Below are positions 1 to 6,845 of a DNA stretch of 26,300 bases, one piece after another (the stretch's first letter is position 1; the number at the start of each line of letters is the position of its first letter). The notes beneath the pieces were generated by a model. It was given only the letters and a program-made list of their open reading frames with translations. It was not told the origin of the DNA and did not search any database. Source of the stretch: a virus (Duplodnaviria > Caudoviricetes); IMG/VR virus record IMGVR_UViG_3300011444_000185, positions 1-26,300 of that record, one strand, 5' to 3'. The position numbers and the translations under genes were made by a program.

Positions 1-2
1 AG

Positions 3-386
3 TTCTGCCGCCGGAACCGGGAGACGCTGATCGAAGAAGGGCGCAAGTCGCGCGACTTCACTCACGGCCGCGTCGGCTTCGAATGGGATGATCCGGGCAT
101 TGACCCGCTCGACGATTTCGACAGCGACGGCAACCTGCGGATCCCTGAAGAGGTCCTGGGCGAGCTGCGGGAGTTTCTCAACAAGGAGCGGCCGGACCTG
201 GCCCGCTTCCTCGACGTCAAAGTGAGCTGGCGGAAGTCGGCCCTGTCGAAGGCGTTCATCGACAAGGAAATCGGTTTGGGCATTCTGCGCCGCGCGGGCT
301 TCCAGCCTCACGAGCGAGTGGAAGAGTTCTACGTGAAGCTGTTCGTCGGCAAACCGGTCTCTGCATCCGCGGAGAAAGCGAAGTGA
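3..386 (+). CDS. Mu Gam-like host-nuclease inhibitor / DNA end-binding protein, 5' truncated by window edge
   Basis: Not in the ORF track. Frame 3 reads FCRRNRETLIEEGRKSRDFTHGRVGFEW...LARFLDVKVSWRKSAL...AGFQPHERVEEFYVKL...AK*, which resembles the Gam-family pattern (short C-x2-N-R segment, G-x-V-G-F, terminal EEFY). The stop overlaps the next GTG (GTGA). Confidence 0.65.
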   Translation, partial: FCRRNRETLIEEGRKSRDFTHGRVGFEWDDPGIDPLDDFDSDGNLRIPEEVLGELREFLNKERPDLARFLDVKVSWRKSALSKAFIDKEIGLGILRRAGFQPHERVEEFYVKLFVGKPVSASAEKAK

Positions 387-589
387 CCGACATCAACCTG
401 GCCACCCGCGTGAACATCGCCCGCGACGTGATTCGCAAGGCGCTGCGCGAGCAGCTCGAACGGAGCATCGGCAACTTGCCCCAGGCCGATCGGTTCAACA
501 TTGCCGACGAGCTGCTCGAAACGGTCTGCGGCCGGGCCCTGGCCGAGCCGCTGCGGGTGATCTCGGTCGCCACGCTTGGGCGCCCGTAG
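383..589 (+). CDS. small hypothetical phage protein (68 aa)
   Basis: GTGA coupling to the upstream gene, GGAG upstream, GC3-rich codons, helical composition. Confidence 0.7.
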   Translation: MTDINLATRVNIARDVIRKALREQLERSIGNLPQADRFNIADELLETVCGRALAEPLRVISVATLGRP

Positions 590-740
590 GCCCGAAAATT
601 GGACGTGTCACGGGCCGGACTTCGCCCGCGGCGTCGATTCTGGGGCATCCTGGTGCGTCGGTTTTGCCTTTACGTCCTCGGTAAACCGTTTTCCGCAGCC
701 GTCGCGGCTTTTCGTTTACCTGAATGGTAAGACGGGCAAT

Positions 741-1064
741 CTACGGGCGCTCACTGATCACCCGCGGCGATTGTGCATCTGGATCCGGCCCTGTGCCGTC
801 GCTCGCCGCTTCAAAGCCGCCGGCCGGGGCGGCGCCGGCGAAGCGGCCGGCGGCACTGCCGCCAATCCGTTTGGCAACTTCCCGGGCTGCCCAGCTGACC
901 ACCCGCTCGTCGCCGAGCAGTTCATCGAGCACGAGTCGCTGGGTGACGCCGAATTGTGCCGCCGCGCGCGCGACGTTGGCCGCGGAGTGTGCGCCGATCT
1001 GCACACAACGGCGCTTGCCGTGGGAAGCCAGAGGGGAGCTGGCCAATCGCGAAGAGTCGGACAT
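741..1064 (-). CDS. putative ribbon-helix-helix-like DNA-binding protein, divergently transcribed
   Basis: Internal ATG at 1064 of the 741..1190 ORF. KRRCVQIG (strand) - AHSAANVARAAAQFG (helix) - VTQRLVLDELL (helix) fits an RHH-like layout. Lies downstream of a minus-strand TTGACC box. The fold call is inference. Confidence 0.45.
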   Translation of the reverse strand: MSDSSRLASSPLASHGKRRCVQIGAHSAANVARAAAQFGVTQRLVLDELLGDERVVSWAAREVAKRIGGSAAGRFAGAAPAGGFEAASDGTGPDPDAQSPRVISERP

Positions 1065-1112
1065 GGTGGGATACCAGGCCCCCCTGGGACCCAAAGGAAA
1101 GGACGAACGTTG

Positions 1113-1176
1113 GACATGTAGACACCCCTTTCGGTCAATCCCAATCTGCGATTGACGCGCGAACGTGTCTACATGT
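1113..1176. promoter_or_regulatory. back-to-back divergent promoter/operator units
   Basis: Minus strand TTGACC(1138-1133)-N7-GTGTCTACATGT(1125-1114); plus strand TTGACG(1152-1157)-N7-GTGTCTACATGT(1165-1176). Confidence 0.65.
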
Positions 1177-1188
1177 TTAACCGCGGCC

Positions 1189-1392
1189 ATGGATCAGGCA
1201 CTGGCCATCGTGCGAAAGATCGCCGAGCAGCTCAGCCGGACCGAGCGGCTGGTGATTCTGCTGCGCTACGGCGACGGGCTGAGCGACCGCGAGATCGCCG
1301 GCCTGGTCGACCTGGAGCCCGAAGAGGTCTCGTGGACGCTGACACAGCTCAAGGCGCTGTTCGGGTGCGCGCTCAAGCTGCGCGGCCTGTAG
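1189..1392 (+). CDS. stand-alone sigma-70 region 4-type HTH protein (67 aa)
   Basis: LSRTERLVILLRYGDGLSDREIAGLVDLEPEEVSWTLTQL matches the sigma region 4 / LuxR-like HTH pattern (L-x-x-x-E-R-x-V-h-x-L-R-Y-x-x-G-L-S-x-x-E-I-A). ATG at 1189. Confidence 0.75.
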   Translation: MDQALAIVRKIAEQLSRTERLVILLRYGDGLSDREIAGLVDLEPEEVSWTLTQLKALFGCALKLRGL

Positions 1393-1480
1393 ACAAAACG
1401 GAATAAATCACCAGCCCGGCGCAGGCTGAACGCCCGCTCGATCGGTTTGCCGGCAACCGGCAGAAAGCAGCGAAGCAGTC

Positions 1481-1506
1481 TTGCATTGGTTGGGTGTCTA
1501 CATGTC
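1481..1506 (+). promoter_or_regulatory. third promoter/operator unit, upstream of the late/envelope operon
   Basis: TTGCAT-N7-GTGTCTACATGT with the same spacing as the other two units. 1492-1506 is the exact 15-bp reverse complement of 1113-1127. Confidence 0.6.
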
Positions 1507-1548
1507 AGGTCGGTCGAGAAAGCTGTTTGCCCTTCGCGCGTTCCCATC

Positions 1549-1731
1549 ATGCGGCCTCTCCGTGTGCACCTCCCTTTGATCACCTGCTCTGTCTGCGATC
1601 AGTTGCGCAAACCCCACGCCGGCGGCAAGTGCCGCGAGTGCTTTGAGGGTGAAGCCGCGCGCGAAACCCGCGAGCAGCTGCAGCGGATCCCCGGGGACTG
1701 CCGCGACGCCGTCGCGATTCGCCAATTTTGA
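1549..1731 (+). CDS. small putative zinc-finger protein (60 aa)
   Basis: CSVC...HAGGKCREC (two CxxC pairs). ATG at 1549 in the 1447..1731 frame; ends 9 nt before the next start. Confidence 0.55.
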   Translation: MRPLRVHLPLITCSVCDQLRKPHAGGKCRECFEGEAARETREQLQRIPGDCRDAVAIRQF

Positions 1732-1740
1732 AAGAGCATC

Positions 1741-2058
1741 ATGGTCTCCCCCTCACCGGCTCCACGGACTTTCGGCGACTGGCTCTACCTGCAAGGCGTT
1801 TCGACGGTGCTGCTCTGTGGACTGGTCGTCGGGGCCTGGACCGCCGCGCCGAGGATCACCGCCGAAGTGCGGGCCATGCTCGAAAAGAAGGACGCCGACT
1901 GCAAAGCCGAGCGAGCCGAGGACAAAACCAACTTCACCGCCGGCCTGGCTGCGCAGCAAAAGGTCTTTGAGAACACGCTGAACCGTGTTTTCCCGCAGGC
2001 CAGAGGCGAAGCGCAGCCCGGACACGACAGCACGCCCCCTGGAACGGACCGCGAATGA
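1741..2058 (+). CDS. holin-like single-TM membrane protein with coiled-coil tail
   Basis: Hydrophobic WLYLQGVSTVLLCGLVVGAW followed by a charged helical segment; ATGA-coupled to the hydrolase gene. Confidence 0.55.
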   Translation: MVSPSPAPRTFGDWLYLQGVSTVLLCGLVVGAWTAAPRITAEVRAMLEKKDADCKAERAEDKTNFTAGLAAQQKVFENTLNRVFPQARGEAQPGHDSTPPGTDRE

Positions 2059-2615
2059 GAATGATGCCCGAATTTCACGCCGGCGATCTGTTGTTTTTCT
2101 ACGGCACCGGCTGGAAAAGCCGCGTGATCGAAGCGGCGACCCTCGGGCCGTCGCACGTGGGAATGATCTTCGTTTATCGCGACCAGCCGATGCTGATCGA
2201 AAGCACGACATTGTGCGATCTCCCCTGCCAGATCTGCGGTGAGGCCAGCGGCGTTCACGCCCGCCGGCCCGAAGCGCGGATCGCCAGCTATGACGGCAAA
2301 GTGTTCCATTCGGCGATCCGGAAGCCGCGGCGGTTCCATCGCGAGCAGTCGAGCCAGCTCACGGCGACGATCCTCGGCCAGTATCACGGCCTGCCGTACG
2401 ACATGGCCGGCGCGATCGAAAGCCCCACGGTCCTGGCGCTGGCGCAATATCCCGATTTCGGCAGCCTGTTCTGCTCGGCACTCTGTGCCGACCTCCTGCA
2501 GGGCTTCGCCAAGGGCGCCGCCGGCAAGAATCCGAAGCGCGTCACCCCGGCCGGTCTGGCCCGCATCACGCGCCGCCAGGGCTCGCACCTGCCCATGACT
2601 GAGGTGCGCGTTTGA
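2055..2615 (+). CDS. permuted papain-like NlpC/P60 amidase (YiiX/YaeF/YebB, C92-like)
   Basis: GDLLFF...SHVGM...LIES...GLPYD...FCSALC: His before Cys, the circularly permuted NlpC/P60 order. Confidence 0.85.
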   Translation: MRMMPEFHAGDLLFFYGTGWKSRVIEAATLGPSHVGMIFVYRDQPMLIESTTLCDLPCQICGEASGVHARRPEARIASYDGKVFHSAIRKPRRFHREQSSQLTATILGQYHGLPYDMAGAIESPTVLALAQYPDFGSLFCSALCADLLQGFAKGAAGKNPKRVTPAGLARITRRQGSHLPMTEVRV

Positions 2616-2722
2616 TCGGTCTGGATCCACTCGTCGTCTGCATTCGCGAGGCCTGGTTCGCGCTGGTGATGGGCGTGCTGGCGTTTTTCTTTCTCCTGCT
2701 CGATACGAGAGATCGCAAGTGA
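2612..2722 (+). CDS. 36-aa single-TM membrane peptide (absent from ORF track)
   Basis: TTG start overlapping the upstream TGA, GAGGTG RBS at 2601-2606, product MIGLDPLVVCIREAWFALVMGVLAFFFLLLDTRDRK*; its stop overlaps the next GTG. Confidence 0.7.
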   Translation: MIGLDPLVVCIREAWFALVMGVLAFFFLLLDTRDRK

Positions 2723-3453
2723 CTCCGCTGCAACGCATGCTGATTGTCTGGGCGATGGCCACTGGCGCTTCGGCACTACCCGCCGTCGCGCCGATCGCAC
2801 CCCCGGCCGTGGCCGCGAAAGTCGCCGTCGCGCGCCGTCTCGGCGTCCCGGCCGCAGTCCGCGAGTTGGTGCGAACTTCGAAAATCGTCGATCTGCCGCG
2901 ATCTGCAAGGACTGAGAACTGGACGGTCCGCGTCGCCGGCAACAATCGCGAAGCCGGATCGTGTGCGCACGCGGCGCTCTGCAACTGCTTCAAAATGCAG
3001 GGGCGCTACGACCTGGCCGAATGGTGGGCCGCCAATCACGGCGGCGGCGCGGCACTCAAAGAGAACACGTCATGCGACAGCCTCGAGGCGGGCCTCAAAA
3101 GGGCCGGCCTCGACTATCGAATCGGAAACGACGAGGCGTTCCTCGAATGGACCTGCCGGACGCGGCGCGGCTGCGTCGTTCCCTGCGTGCGCGGTGAATA
3201 CCGGTGCCCCGACTGTGGGAAGACGCACAAGGCGCTGCACGCCATCAACCTGGTCGGGCTCAATGCCCAGTACGCCTGGCTGATCGGCGTCAACGACGTC
3301 GAGCAAATTCACCGCATGGCCCGCGCCGACTTCATTGCCGACTGGAAGAACGCCGGCGGCTATGCCCTGACGCCGATGGTCGGAACGCCGCAGCCCCCCA
3401 AGCCCTGGATTCAAGCATTTCCCCAAGCCACCCCGCCCCCTGCGAAGGAGTAA
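2719..3453 (+). CDS. exported papain-fold (C39-like) cysteine peptidase
   Basis: Signal-like N-terminus (MLIVWAMATGASA), NW...GSCAHAA (catalytic Cys), HAINLVG (catalytic His), AWLIGVN, and terminal F-x-x-x-W-x-x-x-GG. Confidence 0.7.
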   Translation: MTPLQRMLIVWAMATGASALPAVAPIAPPAVAAKVAVARRLGVPAAVRELVRTSKIVDLPRSARTENWTVRVAGNNREAGSCAHAALCNCFKMQGRYDLAEWWAANHGGGAALKENTSCDSLEAGLKRAGLDYRIGNDEAFLEWTCRTRRGCVVPCVRGEYRCPDCGKTHKALHAINLVGLNAQYAWLIGVNDVEQIHRMARADFIADWKNAGGYALTPMVGTPQPPKPWIQAFPQATPPPAKE

Positions 3454-3457
3454 ACCG

Positions 3458-4393
3458 ATGCGCCGCATCTGTGACACATTCAAGAGTCCCGTTTTCCTGT
3501 ATCCGTTCACGGCGAGCGCCGTGTTGAGCTCGGCGCTCCTGGCCTCCGTGCTGATCGGCAATGCGAACACGGAGCGCATGGCAGCCGACGCCGACCGTGA
3601 GCAGGTACAGCAGCAGCTGTTCGCCTTGCAATATCGGCACTCGGGGGCGCGAAACCAAATTGCCGTCTTCCGGGAATCCATCCGGAATCTGCAGCAGGAG
3701 CTGGCGGGCGCGAAGCAACGGCAAGCTGCCGCGCCAGTCGCAATCGAAAGTGCTCCGGTGCTGGAGTCGCGCCACGTCGACCTGCCGGAAGATGGCGACA
3801 AGTGGTTTACGATCCTGTTCCTGACGCGCGACTGGAAAAACCACGCTGACCAGGCCAATGCGGTGAAGCTCTGGTACGGCAAGCTGCCGCACTCGGAATG
3901 GCTCGTGGAGCTCAAAGGGCAGACGAACGCGCGCGTGATCTACACCGACGAACCGCAGTTTCAGCAGTTCCGCCAGAAGAAGGACGGGACGCCGCTGGTC
4001 TCGGGAGTGCCAACACTGCTCATTGAGCGGGCCAACGGCGAGGTGGTCTACCTGGAGAGCGGGAAGAGCCTCGCCCACCACCCGGCCGACTTGCGCAAGG
4101 CGGTCGTGCTGGAAATGAAACGCCGCTGCCCGAATGGCCAGTGCCTGCCGCTCTTCCCGACACCGGCGTCGAAACCGACTGACGGCGCGATCGAGGAAGA
4201 GAAACCGCAGGACGAGGTCCCGGCCGTGATTCACGAAGCCCCGCCGGCAGCGCCGGCGCCGGCCGATCAAAAAAAAAGTGGCCCGAGCCCGATTGTGGCT
4301 CTGGTGGGTCTGGCGGCAATTTTCGCCGCAATCCTTGTGATCGGTAAAGGGGAAGTCTTCGCCTCCAAAGTCAAGAAGGGCCTCCGCGGCTGA
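3458..4393 (+). CDS. membrane protein: N-terminal TM, coiled coil, thioredoxin-like domain, CPNGQC motif, Pro-rich linker, C-terminal TM
   Basis: AAGGAG RBS; hydrophobic segments at both ends; GVPTLLIERANGEVV resembles the thioredoxin cis-Pro loop; no CxxC active site seen. Confidence 0.7.
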   Translation: MRRICDTFKSPVFLYPFTASAVLSSALLASVLIGNANTERMAADADREQVQQQLFALQYRHSGARNQIAVFRESIRNLQQELAGAKQRQAAAPVAIESAPVLESRHVDLPEDGDKWFTILFLTRDWKNHADQANAVKLWYGKLPHSEWLVELKGQTNARVIYTDEPQFQQFRQKKDGTPLVSGVPTLLIERANGEVVYLESGKSLAHHPADLRKAVVLEMKRRCPNGQCLPLFPTPASKPTDGAIEEEKPQDEVPAVIHEAPPAAPAPADQKKSGPSPIVALVGLAAIFAAILVIGKGEVFASKVKKGLRG

Positions 4394-4456
4394 TCGGCCG
4401 CGGCGCATCGCTCGCACTCACCACAACCACATTCTCTCATTCATCGGGGAAAGACC

Positions 4457-5206
4457 ATGGATCTCAGTTGGACAGAATTTGCGGGGCTGGGCGCTGCGCT
4501 CGGTCTCCTGGCCGTGCTGGTCGTCGTGCTCAAGTCGAAAGAGAAGGACGTCGAGATTGCGATTCACGAATGGGCCGGCACCGTGGCGACGGCGTTCGCC
4601 AAAGCCGGCTTCTCGCACACAATTTGCGCTCCCCTGCAGGCCCTGGCGGCTGGCAACCTGGCCGGCTGTGTCTCGGCCGGCGTCCACCTGGCCGAATACC
4701 TGAAGGACGTCAAGAACTGGGAGAAGGAATGTCTCAGCGTCCTGCAGACTGCCCTGGCCGATCCTGTGCTGGGCCCGAAGGTTCGCAAGCTGTGCGGTGA
4801 CATCGCCGCGAATGCCGACCAGAAGACGATCCAGGCCGACGCCGACGATCTGGAAGCGTCGAGCCCCCTGGACGCACTCACGAAGGCGAACCAGGCCCTG
4901 GAAGATTCGATGCACGACGCGCTGCATTCGGCGCAGCACCCGGAGCTCGAGGGCCTGATCGCCAAGTTGCCGAAGGGACGTAAGAGTCTGGCCGGCTTCA
5001 TCGTCGCCGGCAAACATGCGGCGCAAAAGGCGCAGCAGGTGACTGAGACGGTGCTGCAGTCCGGTACGCTGCTGGCCTCTGCCCTCCCGACCATTCCCGA
5101 TGGTCACATTCTCCTCGGTCCCGGCGCAACCCTGCCGCCGGCGCCGACGTCCGACAGTGCCGGGTCTGGCACCGGCGCAGATGCGCCGCCGAAATCCGCG
5201 GCCTGA
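4457..5206 (+). CDS. hypothetical membrane-anchored helical protein
   Basis: N-terminal TM (FAGLGAALGLLAVLVVVL) followed by KSKEK; GC3-rich codons; followed by a terminator. Confidence 0.8.
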   Translation: MDLSWTEFAGLGAALGLLAVLVVVLKSKEKDVEIAIHEWAGTVATAFAKAGFSHTICAPLQALAAGNLAGCVSAGVHLAEYLKDVKNWEKECLSVLQTALADPVLGPKVRKLCGDIAANADQKTIQADADDLEASSPLDALTKANQALEDSMHDALHSAQHPELEGLIAKLPKGRKSLAGFIVAGKHAAQKAQQVTETVLQSGTLLASALPTIPDGHILLGPGATLPPAPTSDSAGSGTGADAPPKSAA

Positions 5207-5220
5207 TCGGACCTTCCCCG

Positions 5221-5260
5221 CCCGGGCCGTGCACTCGCACGGCCCGGGTGATTTTGTTTT
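5221..5260 (+). terminator. intrinsic terminator
   Basis: Perfect 12-bp stem CCCGGGCCGTGC-ACTC-GCACGGCCCGGG followed by TGATTTTGTTTT. Confidence 0.8.
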
Positions 5261-5291
5261 CCCGCCCCTCCCTCATTTCCGCGGTTATAAA

Positions 5292-6140
5292 ATGCGCTCC
5301 ACCGATCGAATTGAGCGGCGTATCGTCTGCGGCTTCGTGATCTGCATCGCGCTGCTGCTCGGCCTGAATGCCGCCTTCCCCAATTTCTCGCCGCCGGCGA
5401 ACGACCTGGCCGACGACGCGCCCGACAGCGCGTTCGTAGTGCGCGGGAAAGTCCTGCTGGGGACCGCCGACTTCACCGGACTGGCGCGCTACTGCGTCGC
5501 CGACACGCTGAAGGAAAACCTCGATGGTCCTGGCGATCGCAGCAAGTCGAGCTGGAAGAGCGATCCCTCCGTGCTTCCCGAGCGGCCGATCGGCAACGCC
5601 GACTATCTGCACTCCGAAATGGCGAAGGGGCACCGATCGCCGGCGTCGGACAATTCGCAGTCGCAAACCGCAATGGACTGGTCGCACTCACTGCTCAACG
5701 CGGGGCCGCAAAACCAGCCAATGAATAACGGAGTGTGGAAGGAAATTGAGAAGCGGCGCCAGAAGATGGCCCGCGCCGGCGCTGCGGTGCGATCGACGAC
5801 AATTCTCATTTTCGAATTGCAGCCTGCGGGAAAGACGAAGGACGGTTGCCCGCTGTCATCGCTGACTGTGACAGCACAGGGAAAGAACCAGCTCTGGCAG
5901 CCAACGCACTTTGCGACGTCGGTCCGATTCACGGTGGGAGATCGTACTTGGTACGAGACGTATCTGGTGCCCAACACCGCCGACGTCGCTGACGACGACC
6001 CGAAGAAGTATCTCGTGGCGATCGACGTCGTCGAGTTCGATTGCAATTTGAATCTGTGGCCGTGCCCTCCCTCACTGAAGGGCGCAGCGCGCGAGCGCTG
6101 GATTGAAGAGCAGGAGGCCCGCGAATCCGCGCCTCCGTAA
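5292..6140 (+). CDS. DNA/RNA non-specific endonuclease (NucA/Serratia/EndoG family) with N-terminal signal or TM
   Basis: WKSDPSVL...DYLHSEMAKGHRSPASD...HSLLNAGPQNQPMNNGVWKEIE matches the DRGH...N-h-x-PQ-x3-N-x-G-x-W-x-x-h-E signature (DRGH appears as AKGH). ATG at 5292, then RRIVCGFVICIALLLGLNA. Confidence 0.88.
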   Translation: MRSTDRIERRIVCGFVICIALLLGLNAAFPNFSPPANDLADDAPDSAFVVRGKVLLGTADFTGLARYCVADTLKENLDGPGDRSKSSWKSDPSVLPERPIGNADYLHSEMAKGHRSPASDNSQSQTAMDWSHSLLNAGPQNQPMNNGVWKEIEKRRQKMARAGAAVRSTTILIFELQPAGKTKDGCPLSSLTVTAQGKNQLWQPTHFATSVRFTVGDRTWYETYLVPNTADVADDDPKKYLVAIDVVEFDCNLNLWPCPPSLKGAARERWIEEQEARESAPP

Positions 6141-6197
6141 TTCGCTCTGGTGGCGCGCCCTGGTGGCGCAGCGCCATGGGAGAGCCCCCCACCACGG

Positions 6198-6295
6198 CGG
6201 GTCCTTCCCAGGGGGGGGCCGGTCGCCGCGCGGTGTAACGATCGCCGATTTTTTGTCGACAAGCGAAAAAAAAATCTTCTTCTTCTTCTTCCGAC
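6198..6295 (+). other. putative lambda-like cos packaging region (cosQ-like GGGTCCT at 6199-6205)
   Basis: CGGGTCCTTCC in the gap immediately upstream of the small terminase gene (lambda cosQ is GGGTCCT), followed by a GC-rich tract and then A/T tracts. Confidence 0.6.
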
Positions 6296-6844
6296 ATGGC
6301 AAAAAAGGCCGGAAAACCGACCAAAAAACGGGCTGAACCGGAAATCACAGCAGCGCCGGAGACGGTCACGGGCGACGAGGGGCTCGGGGCCGTGTTTTCG
6401 GTCTCGGCCAGGACGGTTCAGTCGTGGCGGAATCGAGGCCTGCCCTGCCAACGCGACGGACGATCATTCATTTTCAACGTCGAGGAAGCCCGCAAGTGGG
6501 TCGATCTCTTCCGCCGCAGCACCGAAACGACGACCAGCACGCCGGGGGGCAAGATCAAACTGTCGCGCGAACGCGCGAAGCTGCGGATCGATCGAGCCAA
6601 GGCGGCCCAGGCCGAGCGCGAGGAGCTGGCCGCCGGCAAGAACATCCTCAAGCGCGACGAATGGGAGCTGTACGCGATCGAAGTCGTGCAGCAGGCCCGC
6701 GATCGACTGATGCGGCTCCCGAAAATGCTTTGCCGACACGTCCCCCAGAAGTTTCACCGGATCCTCCAGGCCGAGGGCGACGCCGACGTGCGGAAAATCC
6801 TCAACGAGATGGCGCGGGCCCTGGCCGAAGGAGTGAAGGAGTGA
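6296..6844 (+). CDS. terminase small subunit (Nu1-like)
   Basis: Winged HTH LGAVFSVSARTVQSWRNRGLP...FNVEEARKW, coiled coil ERAKLRIDRAKAAQAEREELAAGK; directly upstream of the large subunit. Confidence 0.88.
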   Translation: MAKKAGKPTKKRAEPEITAAPETVTGDEGLGAVFSVSARTVQSWRNRGLPCQRDGRSFIFNVEEARKWVDLFRRSTETTTSTPGGKIKLSRERAKLRIDRAKAAQAEREELAAGKNILKRDEWELYAIEVVQQARDRLMRLPKMLCRHVPQKFHRILQAEGDADVRKILNEMARALAEGVKE

Positions 6845-6845
6845 T

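Noticed and set aside
1113-1506. 15-bp inverted repeats as an invertible segment or MITE
   Set aside because: A third internal copy and constant phasing to -35-like boxes fit operators better; no recombinase in the window and no TSD.
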